The notes beneath the pieces are model-generated. The model worked only from the letters and a program-made list of their open reading frames with translations, did no database searches and was not told the DNA's origin. From Octopus vulgaris (lineage: Eukaryota), in contig OX597824.1 in assembly GCA_951406725.2 (NCBI GenBank), positions 73,656,001-73,720,000 on the forward strand: a stretch of DNA of 64,000 bases, given 5' to 3'. Below, piece after piece: positions 1 through 12,200 of this stretch. Both the position numbers and the translations under genes were made by a program. The first letter of the stretch is position 1. Each line of letters opens with the position of its first letter.

Positions 1-36
<36 letters not shown>

Positions 37-358
37 AAATCATACATGTATGTTTATGTATGAATATTTTATATACATTCATGTGTATGTATTATCTATT
101 CTTTTACTTGTTACATTCAAACAAAACCGACCCCACTACTTATTTTAAGTCAGGTACTCATTCTCTGGGGCTCTTTTGGCTGAATTATTGAGTTACAAGG
201 ATGTAATCATCAGACCAACGGCAGTTGTCAAGTATAATGCTGGGCAAACACAGAAGTGCACATATATATATATATATACACACCTCTTTCTGTCTCTACT
301 CTATCCCTCTTTGTTCTCCTTCTCATATTTACACACACAAACACACACATATAAAGAG

Positions 359-393
<35 letters not shown>

Positions 394-1728
394 TTTCGTT
401 TATCAATTTGTTTTGCAAGATTACTGATGTGAAATCATGTGTTGAAACAGATATTGATGTATTTTGGGATGGTCATTTTTATTTTTTTATCTTTTTGCTA
501 AATAAACACAAGCACTAAATATTTGTTCTTCACTCATTTATTACAGTTTTTGTTCTTGTTTTTTCTTTTCCTAACTCATGTCCATTGTCTGGACAATGGA
601 CATGAGTTAAAATAAGAAAAGAAAGTAGGACAGTAATAAATAAGTGAAGAACAAACATATAGTGCCTGTGTTTATTTGGCAAAAAAAAATGACCATTCCA
701 AAATACAACAATATATATATATATATATATAGTGGCTGTGTGGTAAGTAGCTTGCTTACAAACCACATAGTTCCGGGTTCAGTCCCACTGCGTGGCACCT
801 TGGGCAAGTGTCTTCTACTATAGCCTCGGGCCGACCAAAGCCTTGTGAATGGATTTGGTAGACGGAAACTGAAAGAAGCCTGTCATATATATGTGTGTGT
901 GTATGTCTGTATGTCTGTGTTTGTCTCCCCAACATCACTTGACAACCGATGCTGGTGTGTTTACGTCCCCGTAACTTAGCAGTTCACCAAAAGAGACCGA
1001 TAGGATAAGTGCTAGGCTTACAAAGAATAAGTCCTGGTGGTCGATTTGCTCGACAAAAGTTGATGCTCCAGCATGGCCACGGTCAAATGACTGAAACAAG
1101 CAAAAGAGTTATCTTGAAATAAAATAATAAAGAAGACATTGGCCAATGTAATTCTCAATAATATAAAAGTATGGATGGTCGTGGTTGGAACTCTTTGACA
1201 TAGGTTAACGCCATCATCCTTTAACGTCTGCTTTCCATATTAGTATGACTCAGATGGTTTGACTGAAACTGGTAAGTCAGAGAGCTGTACCAGGTTCCAG
1301 TCTCATTTGGCTTGGTTTCTTATTTCTTTATTGCCCACAAGGGGCTAAACATAGAAGGGACAAACAAGGACAGACAAAGGGATTAAGTCGATTAGATCGA
1401 CCCCAGTGTGTAACTGGTACTTATTTAATTAACCCTGAAAGGATAAAAGGCAAAGTCGACCTCGGCGGAATTTGAACTCAGAACGTAGTGGCAGACAAAA
1501 TACCGCTAAACATCTCACCCGGCATGCTAACGTTTCTGCCAGCTTGCCACCTTGGTTTCTATGGCTGGATGCCCTTCCTAATGCCAACTGCTCCAAGAAT
1601 GTAGAGGGTGCCTTTTACATGTCACCAGCACTGGCCATGACTACAATATCACATGGCTTGATGGGTCTTCTCAAGCTATGATTTCACTTGGTTTGATAGG
1701 TGTATACATCATCACCACCACTACCACC

Positions 1729-1868
1729 TTCTTCTTCTTCTTCTTCTTCTTCTTCTTCTTCTTCTTCTTCTTCTTCTTCTTCTTCTTCTTCTTCTTCTTC
1801 TTCTTCTTCTTCTTTTTCTTCTTCTTCTCCTCCTCCTCTTCCTTCTTCTTCTTCTTCTTCTTCTTCTT
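1729..1868. repeat. (TTC)n microsatellite
   Basis: Direct inspection. Confidence 0.98.
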
Positions 1869-2106
1869 TAATGCCTGTTTTCCATGATAAGGAACAATGA
1901 CGACAACACTAATGGTCCCACTTCCATCACAGAAGATAGATCTTTCAGGGTCCAGCCTTCTGGATTTTTCCGTCACCAGTCCACTCTTACTCCATTCTTC
2001 AGTCACTGTTACCTATGATGCCGCACCCTCACCCCACCCCACCAGCAAGTTGCAGAACCCTATTTTTCATGTATTTACTGAATTTTGTTTCTTATTGTTT
2101 CTCTAG

Positions 2107-2213
2107 GCCACCACAAGCAGTCACAGCTCCCAGTTGCTGTAAAAGTCATCGACAAAGTGAAATTTCCAACCAAGCAGGAAGCTCGTCTGAAAAACGAAGT
2201 ATCTATATTACAA
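2107..2213 (+). CDS. PRKD: Protein kinase D, coding exon (first one seen in window; kinase subdomains II-III)
   Basis: ctctag|exon|gtaagt. Translates (G)HHKQSQLPVAVKVIDKVKFPTKQEARLKNEVSILQ, matching PKD [27 protein letters not shown]. Earlier exons lie upstream of the window. Confidence 0.95.
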
Positions 2214-2307
2214 GTAAGTGTAATTACTTCTAGTTAGCTTTTTTTATGCACCACCAGAAATACTCGGAGTCATGGAACACTTTCTTGGAAGTTACTCCAA
2301 TATTTAA

Positions 2308-3042
2308 CCCTTTTAGTACCATAAATCCTCGAGTATAATCCGCATTTTTTTCCCAAAATTTAAAGGTCAAAATCCTTAGTGCATACTATATACGAAGTTG
2401 AAAATGAAAATTATTTTCTAAGCAATGTCTGAGTCTCTATTTGCTGTCCGGCAATGTTTATTCAGGCGCATTTTGTGATGTCAGGCGTGAAAATACCTTA
2501 AGCTAAGCCTGAAAGCAATGAAGTCATAAAAGAATCATCCATAACTTGCAGTAAGCAACATTTATTAAACGTTATTACTGTTATTTCTTTATTTTCTGCA
2601 AACAAAATGCACAAAAAGCTACACGTTTGCATTATGTTATATATACAATAATAATAAAGGACATTACCATGTACAGTTTTACAAATCAAGGACGTTATAT
2701 AGACCTCCTTGACTCAAGTTACAGAAGCGGTGCATATTATACACAAGGTTAAGGTTTTTTAGAGGTACAGCCCTCTGAAAATCTCCTGTGTATTATACTC
2801 AAGGGCGGTCTATACTCGAGGATTTACGGTATTCAAATCGGCCATATCTGGCTTAAATTATTTTACCCATTGTTTGTTCAAACAGGCCAGATCCAGCTTT
2901 TCAAACCTACCCTACAATGTCCTTCTAAAAATAAGCAATCACGTAATGAAAATCTTGAAGCTACAAGATAATGCATGATTAATTAAAAACAATGTCAATA
3001 AATAAGCATTACATCTGACAGAAAAATCTGAATGCTAAAGGG
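2308..3042. mobile_element. piggyBac-like MITE, interrupted by the element above
   Basis: TTAA|CCCTTT...AAAGGG|TTAA; body similar to 30916-31136 and 42057-42272. Confidence 0.75.
2319..2829. mobile_element. Tc1/mariner-superfamily (Tc2/pogo-like) MITE nested in a piggyBac-like MITE
   Basis: TA|CCATAAATCCTCGAGTATAATCCGC ... GCGGTCTATACTCGAGGATTTACGG|TA. Confidence 0.8.
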
Positions 3043-3581
3043 TTAATTCTATACCAAACTGGTCACCCAAGACAATAACAGGTGGCGAGCTGGCAGAAAT
3101 GTTAGTACGCTGGGCAAAATGATTAGCAGTATTTCGTCTGCTGTTAAGTTCTGAGTTCAAATTCCACCGAGGTTGACTTTGCCTTTCATCCTTTCGGGGT
3201 CAATAAATTAAGTTCCAGTTACGCACTGGGGTCGATGTAATCAACTTAATCCCTTTGTCTGTCCTTGTTTGTCCCCTATATGTTTAGCCTCTTGTGGGCA
3301 ATAAAGAAATAAGGTGGAATATGATTGTAAAAAAATTCCTAGTGCCTCAATAGTAGAAATACTACAAAAACAACTTGATCTTCACTTGATTTAAATATTT
3401 TAAAATTAAACTATCAGTGTATCCAAAGTTATTTATGTATGTTTTTCATTATTTAAATATTTTTATAATTTCTGTTTCTCTATCCATCTTGTTCTCTTCC
3501 TATCTAATTATTTGTAGATCTATCTCTCTATCAAGCTCTCTGTTCTATCTATCTGTCTGTCTGTCTCTCTCTCTCTCTCTT

Positions 3582-3618
<37 letters not shown>

Positions 3619-4046
3619 GGATAAGATCGTTAATTTCAATTTCGATCTTAGCAAGTGGCCAGCATGGTAATAAAAACCTTCAAAGGTAATAATTATTATT
3701 AAAATTATAATTTAGGGTATCTACGAGATACCACCATGCTGAAAATACCAGCCAAAATCTGACTCTAAAACCACATTAAATGTTAATATAGCACTAGGAG
3801 AGAAGACAAAAAGACAAAAAAAAACTACTGGATATCCAATTTTTTGCTAGTTTTTTTTGTCTTTTTGTCTTCTCTCCTAGTGCTGTATTAACATTTAATG
3901 TGGTTTTAGAGTCAGATTTTGGCTGCTATTTCAGCGTGCCGGTATCTCTTAGATACCCTAAATTATAATTATATATATATATATATCTGTGGATGCATAT
4001 TTCTGTTTTTGCTTACTCATTCATTTCTCTATCTATTTGTTCACAG

Positions 4047-4103
4047 AGCCTGCAGCATCCTGGTGTTGTTAACTTGGAAGAGATGTTTGAAACTTCTGCC
4101 AAA
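4047..4103 (+). CDS. PRKD: Protein kinase D exon
   Basis: tcacag|exon|gtaaga; SLQHPGVVNLEEMFETSAK; 57 nt, phase 0-0. Confidence 0.95.
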
Positions 4104-4361
4104 GTAAGACCTCTTTTGTGCATTTTATGGAGAATTTTTGAGAATTTTATATTTTATAAAAATGTTTTCCTACTCTGTTTAATATCTCTACATGTTCAAC
4201 CAAATATTTTGCAATGCATACACATGTATGTATGTATTACTACAGAAATTTAGTCTCTCAGAGTGAAAGGCAGATTATGATGCCTATACAGCATTGCTAC
4301 ATGTAGTAAGAAAAGGTCCCTCAATGTAGAGTGCATGTAAAAACTCTTATTATTATCAAGT

Positions 4362-4772
4362 GGGAGAGAGATGCATGCCATCAAAGTGACAGCGGGCTAC
4401 AAATATACGAAGTCTGGTATACCCATCATGATAAGGGTACACCAGGTACAAGCAGCACAACCATATGTGCATGACATGGTGATCTCATTTCAAGGTAAAC
4501 AATGCATGACCTTGCAGGTGGGGCCCAGTTAGAATTTTCTTCATGTCAAGTAGCTCACCTTGCTCAAAAGGTTTATTTAAGGATGATAATTGAAACACCC
4601 ATGTTTCCAGGGGTAAATTACTCAAACCCCAAGGAATTCCTCTCAACACATGGCTACTCCTGCCATGATCAGAGATGCACATATTGTCAGCCACTAAGGG
4701 ACATGCACAACTAGTTATGGTCAAACAACTAACAAGCAAATCTGTGGTATTGAGCAGAATATTTTCTGAAGC
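4362..4772 (+). repeat. Dispersed repeat next to (TTA)n, unclassified
   Basis: catgccatcaaagtgaca...accttgcaggtggggcccagttagaattt also occurs inverted at ~33205-33570 and partially at ~47090-47250. Confidence 0.7.
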
Positions 4773-5036
4773 ACGTTGTCGTCGTCCATGTTTGCCCCCT
4801 CTATGTTTAGCCCCTTGTGGGCAATAAAGAAATAAGAGAAAGAAAAATGACCATTGAAAATAAGACAATATCTGTTTCAACATAATTTTACATCAGGAAT
4901 TTTGCAAAACAATTACACGAATGAAACTTTTGTAATTATTCATTTCACTTTTTGAAATTTTGTAAAAATTCAACTAGTTCTTATTTTTTTCCTTCTGTTT
5001 TTATTTTTCCTTTTCTTTTTTCTTTTTACTTTTCAG

Positions 5037-5141
5037 ATTTATGTTGTGATGGAGAAATTAGAAGGGGACATGCTTGAAATGATTTTGTCTACACCTAAGA
5101 AGAGGCTAGGAGAAAGGGTCACAAAATATGTGATATCACAG
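5037..5141 (+). CDS. PRKD: Protein kinase D exon
   Basis: Long pyrimidine tract, tttcag|exon|gtactc; [35 protein letters not shown]; 105 nt. Confidence 0.95.
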
Positions 5142-5261
5142 GTACTCCTCGTTTGTTTTAGATTCAAATGCTGTTGAAGTCATATATATATATGTATATA
5201 TACATACATACACACAGCCCCTACACGCATTTTTTTTCTCTCCTTGTTTCTTTTCTGTGTA

Positions 5262-5299
5262 TCTTTCTGTCGAAGAGCGTAGGCTCGAAACGTAAAAGA
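5262..5299 (+). ncRNA. Variant minimal hammerhead-like motif in a ~180-bp insert between (TA)n tracts
   Basis: TCTTT-CTGTCGA-A-GAGC(gtag)GCTC-GAAA-CG-T-A-AAAGA. Stems I and II pair fully and stem III is the palindrome ACGT, but core A6 is T. Confidence 0.55.
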
Positions 5300-5394
5300 C
5301 TTGTTTTATTTCTATTCCTGAGCGCCATACTAATACATTGTTTGTTTGTACTCCACCTGCCTTCGTCTTTTGTTTATTTTTGTAAACCTTCCCG

Positions 5395-5433
<39 letters not shown>

Positions 5434-5845
5434 TGCACACATATATATGTGTGTGTGTGTGTGTGCATGTGTAAATATGTATGTACACACATATTTAATT
5501 ATTCACACAAGCATATTTACATGCACCAAATGTCCCAGAATAAAAGAATGCAACATGGAACTCTATTTTTCTCTCCTCAAAACACCAGACAGACTTATGG
5601 GAAACCAAATAATTAGTTTAACACTTTTTTCTGTTTTAAACATTTCGCTTTGTTCTCAATTATTTATTTATTTATTTACTACTAATTTTTTTCTGGAAAT
5701 AAATGTAAATTACTTTGATGTATCCAAAATAGTGCAATACCACTGAGCCATTTTCCATTTGATTAATCAGTCAAGTTTTATCAAGCATGAAATAAAAAAA
5801 AAATGACTGAACATTTTTTTTGTTTGTTTTCTCATTTGTTTGTTC

Positions 5846-6280
5846 AGTTGGTTGGGTGGTCAGTTAGTTGGTTAGTTGCATAGCTGGTTGGGAAGTTAGT
5901 TGATTGGGTGGTTGGGTGGTTTATTGAACAGTCAGTTTGTTGGCTTGGTAGCAAGTCAGTCGGTCGGTTTAGTGGTCAGTCGGTTGGTTGGTTTGGTGGT
6001 CAGTCAGTTGGTTTGGTGGTTAGTCAGTCAGTTGGTCTGGTGGTCAGTAAGTCAGTGGGTTTGGTGGTCAGCCAGTCAGTTGGTTTGGTGGTCAGCCAGT
6101 CAGTTGGTTTGGTGGTCAGTCAGTCAGTTGGTTTAGTGGTCAGTCAGTCAGTGAGCTTGATGGTCAGTCAGTCAGTTGGTTAGTTTGGTGGTCAGTCAGT
6201 CGGTTAGCCTGGTGGTCAGTTGTCAGTTGATTTAATGTTTAGTCAGTTAGTTGGTCAGTCAGTCAATCAGTTGGTTGGTT
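5846..6280. repeat. Minisatellite, 20-24-nt unit (GTCAGTCAGTTGGTTTGGTGGTCA)
   Basis: Direct inspection; gives the 8-aa periodic ORFs at 5900 and 5908. Confidence 0.9.
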
Positions 6281-6852
6281 GGAGGATGGGGGCACAATGT
6301 AACAACTTCTCATCTCCTCAAAAACTGCTGGCCCTGTGCCAATACTTGAAACTATTATTATTATTATCATTGTTGTTAAGGCAGCAAGCTGGCAGAGTCG
6401 TTAGCACACTGGGCAAAATGCTTTGTAACATTTCATGTTTTTATGTTCTGAGTTCAAATTCCACTAAGGTTGACTTTGCCTTTCGGCTTTTTAAGGTCAA
6501 TAACATAAGTACCATTTGAACATTGGAGTCAATGTAATCGACTTACCCCTTCTTGTGCCAAAATTTGAAACCATATTATTATTATTATTATTATTATTAT
6601 GTTTTTTCCTTCTTTCTTCAAATTTTCTTCCGTTTCTCACCGAGTGTTTTCCATACATTATTATTATTATTTTTTTTTTTATTCAACTAAAAGTCTCAAA
6701 TTGGTGTTTGTAATGTCACATATCACATTCTTATTGTTCTCTTTATCTTAGATTCTGTTATTTTAATTATTATCTTTTGTTTTTGTTGTTTGTTTACTTT
6801 TGCTATGTATTTTTATTTACTCATTTTTTTGTTTGTTTGTTTCATCATTTAG

Positions 6853-6951
6853 GTCCTTGTTGCTCTGAGACATCTTCATGTGAAGAACATTGTTCATTGT
6901 GATCTGAAACCTGAGAATGTGCTGCTTGCTTCAGAATCACCATTTCCACAG
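6853..6951 (+). CDS. PRKD: Protein kinase D exon (catalytic loop)
   Basis: atttag|exon|gtaaat; [33 protein letters not shown] with the PKD-typical HCDLKPEN. Confidence 0.97.
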
Positions 6952-7347
6952 GTAAATTTCTGGTCAACAAATGGTATTCTATCCATTCAGTTATTGATTA
7001 TAATAAGACATTCTATGTGCATCTGTGAATAAGTTTAGTTATTGAGTCACAACATATGATCTGTAAGTAGAGTTTTTAGAAATTCAATCCTGTTTGTAGT
7101 AATTTAAAGGTCTTTGTTACCAGAATGAGTAAAGGGAGAATTATTTTTCTGTTTCATTTAAAATTAAAAAAAAATTATTATTAGGCACAGGAGTGGATGT
7201 GTGGTAAGTAGCTTGCTTATCAACCACATGGTTCCGGGTTCAGTCCCACTGCGTGGTACCTTGGGCAAGTGTCTTCTACTATAGCCTCGGGCCGACCAAA
7301 ACCTTGTGAGTGGATTTGGTAGACGGAAACTGAAAGCAGCCCGTCGT

Positions 7348-7381
<34 letters not shown>

Positions 7382-7717
7382 TTGTGTGTCTTTGTTTGCC
7401 TCTCCCCCCCAGCATCACTTGACAACTGAGCAAAAGAGACTGATAGAATAAGTATTAGGCTTATAAAGAATAAGTCCTGGGGTCGACTTGCTCGACTAAA
7501 GGTGGTGCTCCAGCATGGCCGCGGTCAAATGACTGAAACAAGTAAGAGAGTAAAGAGTATGGTAGCAATTACACAAAACAATCACAAGACAATCATGTTT
7601 GTGGCATTTTTTGAAAGACTTTAAGACTGGACAAATGAGCTCACTAGATATGACCATCTGGTCTATTTGGAGTAATGAGAAACTGCCCAGTGTGCTGGTA
7701 GATCCAGCTATAGGTAA

Positions 7718-9280
7718 TGTAGGGGATGATGCTCCAGCTTTATCAACAGTGCAAAAGTGAGCAACTGAATTTAGGAGGGGCACGGTGAGACTTGAAGAGG
7801 AACCATGGCCTTATCATTCTGCAACTGCCACCACCAAGGAAAACATTGATCATGTTCATCTTGTGGTAATGGGTGACAGGCATTTGACTATAAATCAAAC
7901 AGCCAGTGCTATTAGCATATCCTATGAGAGTTGAGAATATTCTGCTCAATGAATTTGGCATGACAAACGGTTTCTCCTCAGTGGGTGCCATTAGTTACAA
8001 ATCTTTATATTCTGAGGTCAACTGTTACCATTTAACCTTCATGGATTTCAGACTTGAAATTTAATTGCAAGTAATTATTATTAGTTTTCCTTTCTTAGCA
8101 TGGCAAATTCATTAACAAGGTGAGCAAAATGCTTTGTAATATTCAGGTACAACTCTCTATTTTCTGTCTTCTGATACCTAATCAAAAGTGCACCAGGTTG
8201 ATTACATCATGAGAAAAATTGTATTGTTTCCGGGAGATCCAGCTGGTTTCCTTGAACATTTCTTAGCCCATGATGAGTGTTAGCTTCACCACTTTGAACA
8301 AGAGACAAAGTGACAGTCCATGCAGTGGAAATGCCACTCCTCACCTGCTCCAATGAAGGGCAAAATCATTTCATCTACAAGGAAGGTGATGGCCTCAGTT
8401 TTTTGGGGGATAGAAAAAGTATCAACTATCTTCAAAAGATCCACACCATCAATGGAAAGTACTATGCCACTTGCTGAGGCAGTTGCGAAAGGTTATGATC
8501 AGACACCCAGGAAAACTGGTGAAAGGGGTTTTGTTTCATCGGGATAATGCTCTTGCACCCAAGTCTTTGGTTTCCAGATCTTTTCGCTTTGGCTGGCAGA
8601 TTTTAAAAATAATTTTTTTGTAACTAAACACTTTTAAACTTCGTATACTGGTAGAATGTGTTTATAAAACATCTTTTTCTCTTGGCTTTCTTGAGAAAAT
8701 TCTGTAGTTTGTAAGCTATTTGTTGTTTAATTTCATGCATTTCGGCAATTTCAACCAATCAATGACATCTTTTGAGGTGAATACAATCTCTCCGAATCTT
8801 TGTCAACAACAATTATTTGTTGAGAATTTTCTCAAGAAAGCCAAGAGAAAAAGATGTTTTATAAACATTCTACCAGTATACAAAGTTTAAAAGTGTTTTT
8901 AATTACAAAGAAATTATTTTAAAAATCTGCCGGTCAAAGCGAAAAGATCCTGGTTTCCGTAGTTGTGACTTTGAACTGGTTGATCACCCTCCCTGTTTTC
9001 CTGATTTGGCCCCATCTGACTAGCATCTGTTCCACAATATATAAAAACACTTGACTGGGAACCTGTATCACAGTCATGATGATGTCATATCTGCTGTTGA
9101 CAACTTTTTGGAGCAACAGGATGAAAGCTTCTTCATCAAAGGGATTTCAGCACTGCACAATATCGATGGAAGAAATGTGTGAACTGCAAGAGGGATTATG
9201 TTGAAAAATAAACCTCATTTGGTCACATTCTGTGGGAGTATCTTGGTCAGATTATGACCTTTTCAGCCAACCCTCATATA
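7718..9280 (+). mobile_element. Decayed mariner transposon with two internal insertions
   Basis: GDDAPALSTVQK, WVP..LL, QSMQWK..KVMASVFW, DNA and HPPCFPDLAPSD motifs; TIR-like end accttttcagccaaccctca-TA. Confidence 0.85.
8576..8950. mobile_element. MITE with ~125-bp TIRs and 8-bp TSD (Merlin-like), nested in the mariner
   Basis: Ends aGATCTTTTCGC...GCGAAAAGATCC; TSD TGGTTTCC at 8568-8575 and 8951-8958. Confidence 0.85.
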
Positions 9281-9527
9281 AGTGAGCTACAATTGACTTA
9301 TTATCAGGGCTTTTATTTACTGATAACAAGGCTACAATTGTCTTATTGTTTTATAGCTGGGTTACTTTTTGTACCACCATTTGGCTCTTAGCAGAGTCCA
9401 CTTTATTGCAGGCATTGTGGCCAGGTCTTGGATCTGAGTCTTGAAAGCCCTAGATTAAATAATAAATGATAATGAAATTATTGTCTACAGTGCTCAGGTG
9501 CACCACAATGAAAAGAAAATGTCCCTA

Positions 9528-9600
9528 TACCTCTGACAGGACTCGAACCCGCAATCCCCGGCTTAGGAGGCCGGTGCCTTATCCATTGGGCCACAGAGGC
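9528..9600 (-). tRNA. tRNA-Arg (anticodon CCT), intronic and antisense to PRKD
   Basis: GCCTCTGTGGCCCAATGGATAAGGCACCGGCCTCCTAAGCCGGGGATTGCGGGTTCGAGTCCTGTCAGAGGTA: 73 nt, full cloverleaf, anticodon stem CCGGC/GCCGG, loop CT-CCT-AA. TTTTCTTTT Pol III terminator about 8 nt downstream; no SINE body attached. Confidence 0.9.
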
Positions 9601-9971
9601 TCACATAGATCATAGATTCTGTTCTAAAAGAAAATGTTGGGGGTGGAAACAAAGTTATTCAGCTAAAATACAAAAAATAAAACAAGCAAAAAATATTGAA
9701 TTCTATTCAGAATGCTGACAGCTGAAGACATATTTAACGTGTCAGGCTGAACTTTGCATTGACTGAGATTTCCTTCTCCTTTGTAACACAATACTTCACA
9801 TTGCTTCAACATTTTATTATTTTATTGTATCTTTTATCTTATTTGATGCTGTAAAAATATCTATCGATCTCCAATACTGCTTTCTTTTTCCCCTCTGGCT
9901 TACACCTTATGTCTTGCAGACATCACTTAAAATCTAATCAAATTCATTTAAAGCGAATGTGTATTGTTATA

Positions 9972-10083
9972 GTTGTTGTTGCTGCTGTTGTTGTTATTAT
10001 TATTATTATTATTATTATCATTATTATTATTATTATCATCATTATTATTATTATCATTATTATTATTATCATTATTATTATCA

Positions 10084-10135
<52 letters not shown>

Positions 10136-10175
10136 ATAGTAGTAGTAGTAGTAGTAGTAGTACTACAACAACAAC
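9972..10175. repeat. Compound (TTG)/(TTA)/(TCA)/(TAG)/(CAA) microsatellite
   Basis: Direct inspection. Confidence 0.95.
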
Positions 10176-11137
10176 AGTGGATTAACAGAATTGTTAATAC
10201 ATTGGACAAAATGCTTAGCAGTATTTTATTTTTCCAAGCTTAATGTTCTGAGTTCAAATTCCATCCAAGTTAACTTGGCCTTTCATCCTTTAGGGGTTCG
10301 ATAAATTAAGTATTAGTGAAACAATAGAGTCAATGTAATCAACAAGTCCCTTTCCCCCCACCCAAACTTCAGGCTTTGTACCTTTAGTAGAAAAGATTAT
10401 TATTTCTTTTTATCACAGGTACCATGCTATCCATTCTTTTCAGCTAATACTTTCCTGATTATTCGTAGCACTGAACTGGCAGAATCATTAGCATGCCATG
10501 CAAAATGTTTAGAAGTATTTTGCTTGCTGCTAAGTTCTGAGTTCAAATTCAACCGAGGTCAACTTTGCCTTTCATCCTTTCAGGGTTAGTAAACTAAGTG
10601 TTAGTGTAATACTGGGGTTGATATAACCGACTACTCTCCTCCCACCAAATTTCAGGCCTTGTGCCTATAGTAGAAAGGATTATCATTATTATTATTATTA
10701 TTATTTAAGGCATGGCATGTGAAAAAACATTCAAGCGAGGTCATTGCCAGTACCGCCTGACTGGCCCCCGTACTGGTGGCATGTAAAAGCACCCACTACA
10801 CTCTCAGAGCGGTTGGCATTAGGAAGGGCATCCAGCTGTAGAAACTCTGCCAGATCAGATCGTCCAACACATGCTAGCATGGAAAGTGGACATTAAATGA
10901 GGAGGAGGATGATGATGATGATGAAGGTGGTGAGCTGGCAGAATTATTAGCATGCTGGACAAAATGCTTAGCAATATTTCACCTGTTGCTCCGATCTCAA
11001 TACAAATTCTGCCATGGTCGACTTTGCCTTTCATCCTTTTGGGGGCCAATAAAATAAGTACCAGTTAAACACTGGGGCTGATGTAATCAACTTATCACCT
11101 CTCCCAAAATGGCTGCCCCTGAGGCAAAATTTGAAAC

Positions 11138-11171
<34 letters not shown>

Positions 11172-11648
11172 AGGCAGTGAACTGGCAGATTCATTAGCAC
11201 AGCATTTTGTCTTTATGTTCTGTGTTCAAATTCCACCAATGTCAACTTTGCCTTTCATCCTTTCAGGGTCGATAAAATAAGTACCAGTTGAGTACTGGGG
11301 TTGATGTAATCAACTTACCCTCCCTTCCAAACTTGTTGGCCTTGTGCCGAAATCTGAAATCATTATATAGAGCAAGGGATTGGCAGAATTATTAGGAAGC
11401 CAGACAAAATGCACTAGCTACAATACTTTATATTCTGAGGTCAACTGTTACAGTTTAACCTTCACCGGATTTCAAGCTTGAACTTCTATTGCAAACAATT
11501 ATTATTAGTTTTCCTTTCTTAGCATGGCAAATTCATTAACAAGGTGAGCAAATTGCTTTGTAATATTTAGGTACAACTCTATGTTCTGTTTCATTTTTGG
11601 ATTTGGTTTGCAAGATTCTTTATATGAGTTTGTGTGCTGAAGCATATT

Positions 11649-11894
11649 CTGTTGTATCTGGAGAGAGTCATTTTCTTTTTGTGCCTTATAATGTAACACA
11701 CTCACCGGTAAGATTTCCACTTATTTCTTATTTTTATTTTCCTAAATAACGGACAGAGTCAAGACTATTGAAAAGGTTGCAAGATGCAACGAAAATTTTA
11801 GGAAAAAAAATATAAGAAATAAGTGGAAATTTTACCGGTGAGTGTGTTACATTATAAGACACAAAAAGAAAATGACTCTCCCCAGATGCAACAG
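11649..11894. mobile_element. Fold-back MITE-like element, ~97-bp inverted arms
   Basis: ctgttgtatctggagagagtcattttc...cctaaa versus tttagg...gaaaatgactctccccagatgcaacag; TSD unclear. Confidence 0.7.
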
Positions 11895-11990
11895 TCTATG
11901 TTCTGTGTTCAATTCTAACTGGAGTCAACTTTGCCTTTCATCCTTACATCGGAACGGAAGGGATAAAACAAAATACAAGCCAAGCATTAG

Positions 11991-12200
<210 letters not shown>

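Noticed and set aside
1671-2006. Poly-K/F/S ORFs, and the poly-I/N/Y/L ORFs at 9909-10243
   Set aside because: Trinucleotide microsatellites.
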